Positions 11,813-23,266 of a stretch of DNA of 64,000 nt are shown piece by piece. Origin of the DNA: Fistulifera solaris (lineage: Eukaryota); assembly GCA_030295235.1 (NCBI GenBank), contig AP026143.1:434001-498000 (forward strand), read 5' to 3'. Below the pieces are notes generated by a model that had not been told where the DNA came from, made no database searches, and saw nothing but the letters and a program-made list of their open reading frames with translations. A program made the translations under genes and the position numbers. Positions within the stretch are counted from its first letter, which is position 1. Each line of letters opens with the position of its first letter.

Positions 11813-13273
11813 TCAAGCTTCAAAAAAGATTCGTGCACAGTAAAGAAGATCATACAATGTATCGGTGTGATCTGCTAACAAAAGAGCAGTACGGTGGAAA
11901 TTGGCCAATGCGCTTTTCGCCAAGGCAGTCGCAACAAGTGATGATCGGTCTTGTAACGGCGTTAGCGCTAGATCCAGAGAGCCACGGTAGAATCGATTGA
12001 GAGCATATAATTTATCAATGTGCATCCCGTCGGTGTGAATCTCCCCGTACTCGTTTGTCACTGTGATGTATCTATTTTGAGATAGCAACCGTCGAAGATG
12101 GTAAAAGTCCGGCCCAAAATATCCCATCATATGGTCAGTCACTTTTAAGGTACGAAGGCTCTTATGTTCCTTCAGACCCTGGAACAGAAATTCCATGTTC
12201 GGATACCAATCGATAAAATCGTGACCAGAACTCAAATCAATGACTTTCAAATTGCAGCTGGAAAACGATGCTTGCAAAACTTCTTGAACGACGCAAAGAG
12301 GGACATCCGACTTGGCGGCAACGAACGAAAATTTGAATCCCAGCTCTGCAAAGTGACCAACTTCAGCAATGCGTCGAAGCAAGCGTAACACCGGCTCTGT
12401 TGGAAAGAAGTCAATGGAGTGGTCTGTCATAGACAAAGATAGTTTCTTGGGAACAATGTTCAAAGACTCCACTTTGCTTTGTGATAGGAATGGCGTCTTG
12501 ATCTCATATTCCAGGTGACCAACTTTGGTAGAAAACGGGAGAAACACAAGTTCCTCACTCAGGGGCGGTAACTCCAAATAGTCGATGACATCAAGTTGCA
12601 GTAATCGCTTCAGATTGTCGTCCGAGAATCCCGTATTATTGGTGAATCTAAGTGAACCGAAAGATGACTTGCGCCTCTCCAAAGCTTCGACAAAAGCCGT
12701 CCCACCATCTTCAAACTCACATTCCCAGAAACCAAGTTTTATCGGATGACTTCGTGTCGCTAGCGCAATAGTCTGTTTGACGGTCAAGCTAATATTTTCG
12801 AACTCTACAAGGCGTGAAGGTGCCGTCTTGAAAATATTCGTAAAACAGCGTGACCCAACGGCATGAAGCTGATAGAATAAACTATAAGACTCCATGTAAA
12901 TGAAGGGCTTCTCCTGTGCGGTTCTCTCTAAAGTCATAAAGAATGCCGCCGTTTTGGAAATTGCTTTGTCCGTAGTTCCGGTGATATGAAAAATAGGACC
13001 TTCGCAAAAGAATCTCATGGACAAGTACCTTTCATGATTAGGACGATCATTGCTTTCGCATGGCGATAAATACGTGAGGGTACCGTTGTCCCGCCAGATC
13101 GTCATACGGCAATTATATTGATAGAACTCTGCAAGATCAGTTGGCTTTCGTTGCAACCTGTAAGTTGGCGTTACGCCCCCTTCACACCAGCGCGCCACTT
13201 GCTCAGGCTTGCATAGCTTCGAAGGGATCACTCCGAGTAACAAGTTGGTGTCTTTCTTTTGTGGATTCGACAT
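11813..13273 (-). CDS. Lineage-expanded LRR/RNI-like ~500-aa protein, tandem paralog 1
   Basis: Family motifs LLLGVIP..CKPEQVARW, IWRDNGTLTY, CEFEDGGTAFVEALERRKSSFGSL, LKVIDLS, FGPDF..LRRLLSQNR, LYALNRFYRGS. ATG at 13273. Confidence 0.85.
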   Translation of the reverse strand: MSNPQKKDTNLLLGVIPSKLCKPEQVARWCEGGVTPTYRLQRKPTDLAEFYQYNCRMTIWRDNGTLTYLSPCESNDRPNHERYLSMRFFCEGPIFHITGTTDKAISKTAAFFMTLERTAQEKPFIYMESYSLFYQLHAVGSRCFTNIFKTAPSRLVEFENISLTVKQTIALATRSHPIKLGFWECEFEDGGTAFVEALERRKSSFGSLRFTNNTGFSDDNLKRLLQLDVIDYLELPPLSEELVFLPFSTKVGHLEYEIKTPFLSQSKVESLNIVPKKLSLSMTDHSIDFFPTEPVLRLLRRIAEVGHFAELGFKFSFVAAKSDVPLCVVQEVLQASFSSCNLKVIDLSSGHDFIDWYPNMEFLFQGLKEHKSLRTLKVTDHMMGYFGPDFYHLRRLLSQNRYITVTNEYGEIHTDGMHIDKLYALNRFYRGSLDLALTPLQDRSSLVATALAKSALANFHRTALLLADHTDTLYDLLYCARIFFEA

Positions 13274-13432
13274 GTTCGTACTGTAAATAAATGGGAGCGT
13301 GCATCGATAGGTCAAGATTTTGAAGCGTAAGATTTACTGGTGAACAAGGCTTCCTTCATGAACAAAATCCAGTCGCGGAAGATCCAGTAAACTTGATGGG
13401 TATAAATTGCAGTTATCAGTGATGCTCTCTAG

Positions 13433-14947
13433 CTAGATACATCTTCGTCGTTTCGGACGCGGATTCGTTAGGTTCGGCGAAAAATTATCAACGTCCCTAT
13501 CAAGATTACCATCGTTCTGCACTTTCTGAATAAGCTCATGTAAAGCATCTGTATGGTTTGAAAGCAAAAGCCCAGTGCGCTGGAAACTGTTCAACACCGT
13601 CAAAGCTTTCGCCACTAGCAATGGACGCTCTGATGACTGCTCTGCTACTAACGTGGCTGAATCCCTGATGAAACGGTTGAGAGAATACAGCTCATCGACC
13701 AACTTTCCATCGGAATGAACTTTGCCATCTTCGTCAGTCACCGAGATGTGTCTATTTTGTGAAATGAATTGTCGCAGAAAAGAATAATCCGGCCCAAAAG
13801 CATCCCAACCGACAACTACTTTGAGAATACGAAGTTCTTTGTGGTTTCTGATACCCTCAAACAGCATCTCCAGGTGCGACTCCCACTCCAGCTCTTCATC
13901 ATCAGTTGACAGGTCAAGAACCTTCAGGTTGCTGTTTGCAAGCACAGCTTTGATCGTTTCTGTAACAATACAGTCGGGCATGGTCATGTCACCGTCAAAG
14001 ACAAGGAATCTGATCTTTAACTCCTCGAAATGCCCCAATTCAGCAATGCGTCGAAGCATAGAAACGGCAGGTTGGATCGGGAACGGCCCATCTGTATCGC
14101 TCTTAATCATTAAAGTCAATTTCTTCGCCACAATGTGCAATGACTTGACATTGGTTTCCGAAAGCACTGACGTGCAAATATCATACTCGAGTTGATCCAG
14201 CTTTGCAGAAAAAGGGAGAAGGGATATGCTGTCATCCAAGAACGGTAATTCCAAGCGGTTTATGACGTCAAGTCGCGAGAGGCGTCGCATGTAGTCGTTG
14301 CGTAGCGGAGAGGTATTGACAAAGCTGAGTGAACCGAACGATGATTTGCGTTTCTCTAACGCATCCACGAACGCCTTGCCACCGTCTTCAAATTCACACT
14401 CCGAAAACGATAACGTCACCGGATTACTTACAGTCGCCATGGCAGCAGTCTGTTTTGCACTAAAGGTGAGGCGTTCAAAATCCAGAGCTGGCGACGGTAC
14501 ACCCTTTAATATATTTGATAAACATCGAGGACCAGCGGCACGAAAGTCAAAAGATAATTCTTGCGTTTCAATGTAAATGGTGGAGCTGTTTTCTGTCGCA
14601 TTGTGTAGCCCAAGAAAATACGCAGCTGTCTGGGCAATTGCCTTCTCCGTTTTACCAGCAATGCTCAACGTGAGACCTTTCTCTTTGAAAGTTAAGATTA
14701 GTCGTTTTTCATAAAGTGTATAATTGAAGCGACTTTCCGGAACTACAAATGTGAGCGTGGAATTGTCACGCCATATAGCAAAGGGGCCATTGTAATGGTT
14801 GAATTCTAAAAAATCGACCGGATCTCGAAGTAGTTTGTAGGTTAGCAACTCTTGCCCATCAAAACAGCGAGCCACTTGCTCCGGCTTGCGAAGATTCGGC
14901 GGTATAAGTCCGAGTGATACGCTCTTATCCTCTTTTTGTATCGACAT
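13433..14947 (-). CDS. Lineage-expanded LRR/RNI-like protein, tandem paralog 2 (504 aa, intact)
   Basis: Same motif series; ends in the basic tail PRPKRRRCI. Confidence 0.9.
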   Translation of the reverse strand: MSIQKEDKSVSLGLIPPNLRKPEQVARCFDGQELLTYKLLRDPVDFLEFNHYNGPFAIWRDNSTLTFVVPESRFNYTLYEKRLILTFKEKGLTLSIAGKTEKAIAQTAAYFLGLHNATENSSTIYIETQELSFDFRAAGPRCLSNILKGVPSPALDFERLTFSAKQTAAMATVSNPVTLSFSECEFEDGGKAFVDALEKRKSSFGSLSFVNTSPLRNDYMRRLSRLDVINRLELPFLDDSISLLPFSAKLDQLEYDICTSVLSETNVKSLHIVAKKLTLMIKSDTDGPFPIQPAVSMLRRIAELGHFEELKIRFLVFDGDMTMPDCIVTETIKAVLANSNLKVLDLSTDDEELEWESHLEMLFEGIRNHKELRILKVVVGWDAFGPDYSFLRQFISQNRHISVTDEDGKVHSDGKLVDELYSLNRFIRDSATLVAEQSSERPLLVAKALTVLNSFQRTGLLLSNHTDALHELIQKVQNDGNLDRDVDNFSPNLTNPRPKRRRCI

Positions 14948-15471
14948 GTCGGTAATTGAAACACTTTATTTCTTATGTTTCTATCAATCAATAATAATGG
15001 AAGAAAATGAGCCATTGCGCTGCGATGCGGTTATTGCGGAGGGGGACTCATTCATGACTAACTCAGTCATGTTAAAGTTCGGGCTATACACTTTGGACTA
15101 TACTGGTACCTAAAAGTGCGGTACATTTAGTGGAGCAGAAATTCTGTGTGCATAATTTTCAACGTGCACCGAATTATCTGTCTTCCATGGAACAAAGCAT
15201 CATTGATCTTAGCATTAACGACCCAGCATATTTGATTACATGTTGTTTTAGCTCCTAGTGTTTTAGAGCAGTGATAACAGAGTCGTGTCCCGTGCTTTCT
15301 TGCAAGTGACGGGACAGAACTAATAATGAGGCTGACAAACTTTTACAAGACCTAATTTGAACGCTATATACTGTATTTCAAACTAATTACTCTCCTTTCA
15401 AGCTGGGGGTGCTTGAGGTTCCTGCATACTACGGTATCGACGTGATCTTCGTTGATAAGCTATAGAGTCAA

Positions 15472-16998
15472 CTAGAACCGTCTTCTTCGTTTCAGACGCT
15501 GATTCGACAACGAAGTTTTACCACCCTCATTTCCATCAAAATTATCGACTAATTGCAAGTTGTGAACCATTTCATGCAGAAGATCCGTATGCTCAGACAG
15601 TAAAAGCGCAGTGCGCTGGAAATCGCTCGATGCGCTTTTCGTCAAGGCGCTTAGCACAAGCAGCGGTCGCTCCAGTGACTGATCTGTTACAAGCGTCACC
15701 GAACCCTATAAAAGCGGTTCAAGGAATAAAGCTCATCAATTGATTTACCATCGGAATAAATGTTCCCATCTCTATCAGTCACTGTGATGTATCTGTTTTG
15801 CGAAAGGAATTGCCGAAGATACAAGAAATCGGGGCCAAAAAGTTCGTCGGCGTATCCCGATATTTTGAAAGTAAGAAGTTCCTTGTGGTCTTTTAGTCCC
15901 TGGAAAAGCGTCTCTGTATGCGATTTCCAAAACAAATCCTCGGGTTCAGAGCTCAGGTCGAGGACCGTCAAGTTCGGGTTGGCATACACAGCTCGGATAA
16001 CTTCTTGTACAACACTTCGAGGAATTTCCATTTCCTTGTCGTCAAAAAAGAACTTGACTCCCAGCTCTACAAAGTGACCGAGATCGGCAATACGCCGAAA
16101 GAAGGAGAGCATATGCTCGGTCGGAAAAGTTTGTTTGTGTTTATAGCATATAGTCAGAGATAGTTTCTTGGGCACAATGTTCAGAAACTTCAAATCGGCT
16201 TTGAATAGCGATGAAGTGTCAATTTCGTTTACAAGATGATCCAACCGTGCATAGAGAAAGGCAAAAGCGCGATTTCATCGCTAAGATCTGACAACTCCAA
16301 ACAATCTAGCACGTCAAGCTTTAAAAGGCGTTCCAGGTTGCTGTCTGTTAAGGGTGATTCATTGATAAAGCTCAGTGAACCGAACGGTGTCTTTCGCTTG
16401 GCGAGCGCGTCGACAAAAGCGGTACCGTCATCTTCAAATTCACAGTCCATGAAAGTCACATCTCCGGGATAAGGTCGTGTCGCTATTGCAACAGTCTGTT
16501 TGGCACTTAACAAGATTTGAGAGAAATCTAACATACGTGATGGTGCCGTCTCCAATAATCTGGTAAAGCATGCCGAGCGAGTCGCACGGAAATCGAGGAC
16601 GTAACCACCTGTATCCAAAATAAGACATGGCTTCTCCTCTGTCGACTGCTCCAAACTCATCCAGAATTGTGCCGTTTTGGCGATTGCCTTATCCTTACTT
16701 CCAGTGATGTGAAATGTAGGACCTTTGCTCGACAGATTCATAGACAGAAAAGTCCGACGATCAGGGAAGCCAGGTAAATTGTTATCGCGTGATATGATAA
16801 ACGTCAAAGTACCGTTGTCATGCCATACAGCAAAGGGGAATTGGTGTTGGTCAAACTCAGAGAGATCGGCCGGATCTCGAAGTAGTTTGTAGGTGGGCAA
16901 TACTTTTCCGTCGTGCCAGCGAGCCCTTTGCTCGGGCCTACAAACGTTCGAAGAAATGATATCGAGTAGCAGCGAGTATCCTGGTTTCCTGTCGACAT
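15472..16998 (-). CDS. Lineage-expanded LRR/RNI-like protein, tandem paralog 3 (three apparent frameshifts; error or pseudogene)
   Basis: Collinear pieces 16229..17044, 15696..16244 and 15472..15699. The family-type start MSTGNQ at 16998 is in another frame. Ends RLKRRRRF. Confidence 0.75.
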
Positions 16999-17358
16999 TT
17001 AGTGATTTGTGGTTGAAAATACCGGCGATAAACAAAGGTAACACATTGGCTGAAAACTAAAATAATGATGAAGTGAGCTGATGAATGACGCGCGACAAAA
17101 TAAAGGCGGTGCAAATGAATAATGCGGAGTAAAAATGCCGGATGAACTGTATACAAGTTTCAGTACATTCAAAGATCGCAGTGGTATAAAGAATCAACTT
17201 TAACCAGAGTTCTCCTCGTCACTCAACACACAGCGCAAAGAGCTACTCTAGCTAAGGACGTACTAGCTACTGTAATTACCAGTAAGCACTAGACTTTTCT
17301 AAAATTAATTCGAACTTATTCTAACTTTGTAAGTTTCTCTTCTAATAAAGAATTCGTC

Positions 17359-18885
17359 TTAAATACGTCTTCGCCGTTTCGGGTGATTCGATAGCGATAG
17401 CTTTTCTTCGACACCTTCCATTCCTTCACCATCCTGAACGAGTTCAAGTAAAAGATCTACATGGTCTGACAACAGAAGACCGATGCGTTGGAAATTGCCT
17501 GATGCGGCTTTCATCAGGGCGCTTGCCACTAACAATGATCGCTCCATTGATTGCTTTGTTGCTAAGGCGACTGAACCCCGGAAGAAGCGATTAAGCGAAC
17601 AGAGCTCATCGATCGAGCCGCCATCGGTATAAATGCTTCCATCTCCTTTCGTCACCGAGATGAATCTATTTTGAGAAAGCAGTTGCCGCAGATAAGAAAA
17701 GTTTGGCCCAAAGGCACCATCCGTATCGTGAACAAGCACTTTCAGTGTATGAAGCTTTTTGTGGTCTTTCAGACCCCGGAAAAGAGTCTCCATGTGCAGG
17801 TCCCACTCCAGCTCTCCGTCGTCGTTACACAAATCAAGAATCTCCATATCTTCGTTTGCAAGTGTAGCGCGAATCAGTTCCTGCGCAATGCAGTCGGGTA
17901 TGGTCATATCAGCATTGACAAAGATTTTAATTTTGATTTCCTTGAAATGTGCCAATTCAGCAATTCGTCGAAGAAAAGAGATCACGGGCTGTGTTGGAAA
18001 TGGTTCGTCTTTATCATCAATTTTGATCTCCACTGACAATTTCTTCGCCACGATGTTTAATGCCTCCACGTTACTTTTCGAAAGCAGCGATGTGCAAAAC
18101 TCACATTCGAGATGTTCCACTTTCATAGAAAAAGCGAGCAACTGAAGACAATTTTCCAAAACCGGTATTTCTAGGTGCCGTATCGCGTCGAGCTGGAAAA
18201 GGCGTCTCAGGTTTTCGTAACTCAGAGCCGTATCATTGATAAATCTTAGAGTTCCGAACGACGACGGTTTGCGTTTTTCGAGAGCGTCGACAAAGGCAGT
18301 GCCGTGATCTTCGAATTCACAATTAGCAAAAATTACCCGTATAGGATGAGTTTGTGTGGCTAATGCAACCGTTTGCTGTACACTCAGTTTGATTCGTTCA
18401 AAGTCCAGAAGACATGACGGTGATGCCTTGAAAAGATTCGTTAAACACCGAGACCCGGCACCTCGAAACTCATAAAAGGAAGCGCGGGCATTCAAAAAAA
18501 GATAGGGACTCGTCGTTTCTGTTGCTTTAATCAAACCGATGAAATATGCAGCAGTCTGAGCGATTGCATGGTCCGTTTTACCAGTAATGTTAAGACAAAT
18601 GTCTTCGTCGCGGAAACTTAAGTACAGTTGTTTTTCATGGTCCGGGAAGCCGGAGTAACCTTTCGGCGAAACAAACGTAATAGTCCCATTTTTCCGCCAG
18701 ATCGCAAGGCGACAATTATAGTGATTGAACTCTGACAGATCTTCTGGATCTCGCAAGAGTTCATACGCCGGCATATCTTCTACTTCGCGCCAAGCCTGAC
18801 GCCACTGAGCTTTTTGCTCGGGCTTACAAAGGTTCACCGGAATCAGTCCGAGTAACAAGCTGGTTTCGTTGTTTCGTTTCGGCAT
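17359..18885 (-). CDS. Lineage-expanded LRR/RNI-like protein, tandem paralog 4 (intact)
   Basis: Same motifs; ATG at 18885 (MPKRNNETSLLLGLIP); ends HPKRRRRI. Confidence 0.9.
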   Translation of the reverse strand: MPKRNNETSLLLGLIPVNLCKPEQKAQWRQAWREVEDMPAYELLRDPEDLSEFNHYNCRLAIWRKNGTITFVSPKGYSGFPDHEKQLYLSFRDEDICLNITGKTDHAIAQTAAYFIGLIKATETTSPYLFLNARASFYEFRGAGSRCLTNLFKASPSCLLDFERIKLSVQQTVALATQTHPIRVIFANCEFEDHGTAFVDALEKRKPSSFGTLRFINDTALSYENLRRLFQLDAIRHLEIPVLENCLQLLAFSMKVEHLECEFCTSLLSKSNVEALNIVAKKLSVEIKIDDKDEPFPTQPVISFLRRIAELAHFKEIKIKIFVNADMTIPDCIAQELIRATLANEDMEILDLCNDDGELEWDLHMETLFRGLKDHKKLHTLKVLVHDTDGAFGPNFSYLRQLLSQNRFISVTKGDGSIYTDGGSIDELCSLNRFFRGSVALATKQSMERSLLVASALMKAASGNFQRIGLLLSDHVDLLLELVQDGEGMEGVEEKLSLSNHPKRRRRI

Positions 18886-19282
18886 GTTAGAATGATTAGG
18901 ACTCAAAAAGTCTTTCGACCGGAAGGAAATCACCTTGGGTTTGAGAATAATAATGCGAGGCGGGTCGCGTCGACGTTCTTGGGTCGCGTCGTTATTCGTT
19001 ATAGAGGTGCAAAACGTGACGTGACGCTTACTATGACATGTTTTGTAACCTTCAGAGATCGTAGTGGTATCAAGTGAAATAGTCCGTGACTGTTAACGCT
19101 AAACTTACTGTATACAAAAGTAAGTTGAAGGCGATGCGCGGCGATGGTGAGAAAGTGAATACAAGTAGAGCGCTCCGGCCTCAACATTCTAGTCTAAAAT
19201 AGAGATAAATAAATTTATATATTCATAAATACTGCACATTTCTCATTGCAACAATCTCAACATTCGTTTCGGTGATTAAGGT

Positions 19283-20837
19283 TCAAGTCATTCTTCTTCG
19301 TTTCCGAAGGTCATCTTGAACAGACGCCGGGACAAAGTCGTCTTCATGTAGTTCAATCACTCGAGAATACCTTATCAATTCATGCAGTGCATCGACATGA
19401 TCTGATAGCACCAGTGCAGAACGTTGGAAATCGCGCGAGGCCCTTTCCACCAAGGCGGTCGCAACCAATAATGATCTCTCGGACTCCGATGGCGCTTCTA
19501 CCACCAAATCCGTCGAACCTCGATAGAAACGGTTGAGCGAATAAAGCTCATCGACAAGTAACCCGTCCGTGTAAATGCGGCCATTGCCGTCAGTCACCGT
19601 GATGCCTCTGCTGTGGGAAAGCAATTCTCGGAGATAAGAATAATCGGGACCCAAAACGGAATCTTGCACTGATAACCTGAAAGTATTAAGTCCGGAATGG
19701 CCTTCGAGACCTTTTAGTATTGTGATCCAGTGTGGGTTCCAGGGGAGGTCGTCGTATTCGTTAGTACTCAAATCAAACACTCGTAGGTTGTCATTCGCAT
19801 TTACAGCATGAAGGAGGGCTTCTACAACAGAGGGGGGTATATTTCTCACTCTGAATTGGTCGTTATGACGGGTAAAGCCGACTTTTAGCTCCTCGACATG
19901 GCCCAAAGTAGCAACACGTCGAAAAAGGGATCGCACAATATCAGTCGGGAAGAATTCGTGCCCTTTAGGGTCTATCGTCAGCGACAGTTTCTTGGCAACA
20001 ATACCTAGAGTCCCAAGATCGGCTCCCACCAGTAAAGACGTCGCGACTTCATAGTCAAGAACGTTCACCTTTGCAGAAAAGGCGTTAAGGACGTTATACC
20101 CGTCCAGTTTAGGCAAAAGTAAACTTTCTATCACGTCGACTTGCAAGAGGCGTTTCAAATTGCTGCGTTTCAACCCCATGTAGTATATGAAACTCAATGA
20201 ACCAATGATGACCTGCGATCCACGAGTGCATCTACAAAGACGGTGCCCTCATCTTCGAATTCAGTACCACAAAATGTCAATTGCACTGGGTGAGGTCTTG
20301 TCGCCAGTACAATCGACTGCTCTTCGCTCAAAGTAAAGTCCCCAACTGTCACGGAACGGAACGGTGCAGTTTCAAATAGACCCATGAAGCACCGAACTCC
20401 GGCATTATGAAAATCTAAAAATGTAGCGCCATAAGTATCAATGGTAACAGCAGAGCTTTTCGTTGCTGGTCCCTCCAAATTCATGAAAAACGCAATTGTT
20501 TCAACCATCGCTACAAAGTCTCTTCCGGTAATACCCAAAAAGGACCTTCATCCGAAAACTTCAAAATCAAGAAGGGATCATCTTCAGTCGGAAGGTGCTC
20601 ATGTTCGCCACGTCTTCGAAAAGGTGTTAGGTATGTCAAGGTGCCATTTTCCCGCCAAATAGCCAAACGGCAATTGTAATCATTGAACTCGTCTAGGTCA
20701 ACGGGCGTCCGAAGTAGCCTGTAAGTAAGGTTAGGCGAGTCTCCTTCTTCGTACCACCGAGCGACCTGCTTCGGCAGGCAGCATTTAGATGGGATAACTC
20801 CGAGCAAGACGTTATTATTCTCGTGTTCGATCGACAT
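19283..20837 (-). CDS. Lineage-expanded LRR/RNI-like protein, tandem paralog 5 (two apparent frameshifts)
   Basis: Pieces 20511..20837 (MSIEHENNNVLLGVIP), 20194..20538 and 19283..20197 are collinear with intact paralogs. Ends LRKRRRMT. Confidence 0.8.
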
Positions 20838-21172
20838 TCTTCTAAAAATGAAATGCAAGCAAGTTAATAACAAAGAGAACACGAGAAGAAAATAGATTCT
20901 GCAGGAGTTCGCAGCATTTTGCGGTCGATGCGATCCAGAGAACCGGACGGTCAAAGACAGTACCGTACTCAGGTACAAAAAAGTCAGGTTCAATAGAATA
21001 AGCAGCTCGAAGTTCAAATCTTTACGACCTTTTCCGTCCGAAATCGTCGCATTTCTTTCTGCATTGTGTGTTACATTCGTCATGTAATTGCATTGAATCA
21101 TTAAGGGAAGAAAACCTTAGACTGATCGTCTTAATTTCCATAAAAACGGTCACTTTTCTCCAAGACTGCATT

Positions 21173-22654
21173 TTAGTCACGAGAAAGAACTTGATTTCGC
21201 TCCGATGATTCCACGTTATCGGGCCTATTTATTATATACTGAGCAACAAATTCACACAATAGATCAGCATGTTCTGAAAGCAGCAATGAAGAGCACTGAA
21301 ATTCATTCAGAGCACGTCCCATCAGAGCAGCCGCCACGAGTAAAAGCCGTTCAGATGGTGGCTTTACCGCCAAATCTGTACAGCACCGAACAAAGCGATT
21401 CAGCGAGTACAGCTCATCAACCAAATTTCCATCCGAATAAATAGACCCATCTTCATCGGTCACAAATATGCTGCGGTTGTGAGATAAAAGTTGCCTAAGA
21501 TCGGAAAAGTCGGGACCGAAAGCGGCTCGGTGGACGGACAGTTTTAAGCTGCGAAGTTTGATGTGATCTTTTAGACCTTGGAAAAGTGCGCCGACGTGAG
21601 AATCCCACTTCAGGTCTCCCTCATTTGTACTCAAATCAAGAACCTGTAAGTTAATGTTCCCAATCACGGCCTGGACTAGTGCTTGTACCACACACTCGGG
21701 AATGTAGCCATAGTCATCGTAAAAACAGAAACTAATTTTCAGCTCTTCGAAATGTCCCATTTCCGTGATGCGCCGAAAAAGAGTCACCACAGATTGAGTC
21801 GGAAAACCTTCAGCTTCATGCTCTATACTGAGAGCAAGTTGGTTGGGAACAATTTGTAGGGATTTCAGATCGGCCTTTGACAGAGATGCCGAGGATATAT
21901 CATAATCGAGATATTTTGCCTTTGTAGAGAACGGAAGTAGACCTTCATCCTCCAAGCAATGTATACACAAACGCTCTATCATTTCTAATTGCAAAAGGCG
22001 TTGCAGATTGTCATGATTCAAGCCAGTAATGTTGATAAATCTCAAGGTACCAAACGACTGGGTTCGCTTCTCAAGATAATCAACAAACGCCGTGCCCTCG
22101 TCCTCCAACTCACAGTTGCTGAATGTCAAATGGACGGGATGCGGTCTTGTTGCCAGGGTGATTGACTGCTGCGCACTCAGCTGTAGGTTCTGGAATCGCA
22201 CATGCTGTGCCGCCTCGAATATCCGTGACAAGCACTCCGATGGAGCAGCGCGAAAATCAAGGCAGCGATTCGAAGCATCGACAGCAAGAAGTGCGCTCTC
22301 CTTTGAAGGCTTCATCAAATTTAAAAAGAAGGCAGCCGTTTGTGAAATTGTCTCGTGCGTTCGACCGGTGATTCGCAAGATAGCTCCTTTCTCGCGCAAT
22401 TTCAAGGTCAAAAATTCTTGCTCGGGAAGGTCGTTGCTTCCGTAAGGCGTGACATAGGTCAGAGTGTTATTCTCCCGCCAAATAGCCATACGGTAACTGC
22501 ACGTGAGGATCTCGTCGAGATCAAATTGCGTTTGAAGTAGTATCTGGGTGAGAGTTTCGCCTCCCTGACGCCATCGAGCCACTTGCTCGGGCTTACAATG
22601 ATGCTCTGGAATCACTTCGAAGAGAGCGGTCCTATCCTCGTTGTGCCCCGGCAT
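21173..22654 (-). CDS. Lineage-expanded LRR/RNI-like protein, tandem paralog 6 (493 aa, intact)
   Basis: Same motifs (CKPEQVARW, CELEDEGTAFVD, LQVLDLS, DELYSLNRF); lacks the basic tail. Confidence 0.9.
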   Translation of the reverse strand: MPGHNEDRTALFEVIPEHHCKPEQVARWRQGGETLTQILLQTQFDLDEILTCSYRMAIWRENNTLTYVTPYGSNDLPEQEFLTLKLREKGAILRITGRTHETISQTAAFFLNLMKPSKESALLAVDASNRCLDFRAAPSECLSRIFEAAQHVRFQNLQLSAQQSITLATRPHPVHLTFSNCELEDEGTAFVDYLEKRTQSFGTLRFINITGLNHDNLQRLLQLEMIERLCIHCLEDEGLLPFSTKAKYLDYDISSASLSKADLKSLQIVPNQLALSIEHEAEGFPTQSVVTLFRRITEMGHFEELKISFCFYDDYGYIPECVVQALVQAVIGNINLQVLDLSTNEGDLKWDSHVGALFQGLKDHIKLRSLKLSVHRAAFGPDFSDLRQLLSHNRSIFVTDEDGSIYSDGNLVDELYSLNRFVRCCTDLAVKPPSERLLLVAAALMGRALNEFQCSSLLLSEHADLLCEFVAQYIINRPDNVESSERNQVLSRD

Positions 22655-23266
22655 TGTTTGACGAACGGGAGAGATTCGAGTAGTTTGTTGGCCTCAATCG
22701 TGTGTAACCCAGCATCATATAGTTATAATCTCATATTATTATTGTTATTGTTATGTCGATAAATGGCGAAGCCGCTCGCGCGTGTCGCATCTCGTGTCTC
22801 GCGTTTTTCGCGCTGCTGCTGGTGCTGCTGGTGCTGTGACTCAATACAACTGCAGTCCCGCCTGCGTCCTAATAAAATGCAAAAAACTGTATATCATACG
22901 TGATCAAAACTATATTACTGCCGTTTTAAATAAAGTTCTCCGTCACCTAGGCTTTTATGATACTCAACGAAGATGGGGCTGAATTCTCCTAAAAACACGA
23001 TGATTACGCGGGCTGTGACGCTTGCTGATGCATGTTTCGTTTTTACGAAAAGCTAATGACACGAAGTATAGCGAAAAATGAGATGTCGTTTCAATATTGT
23101 GATTACGACCATGCTTTTGTGATCAAAGTATTTGGGCAGCTGTGATGTACAAATCATATATCACCATAACATTTGTAATAAAAGTAACCGACATCGCAAG
23201 AGCTGTTCCAGTAGAATCGAAAAAACAGATAATCAAATCTATGATCCGTATCCTTGAGTCGCCTGC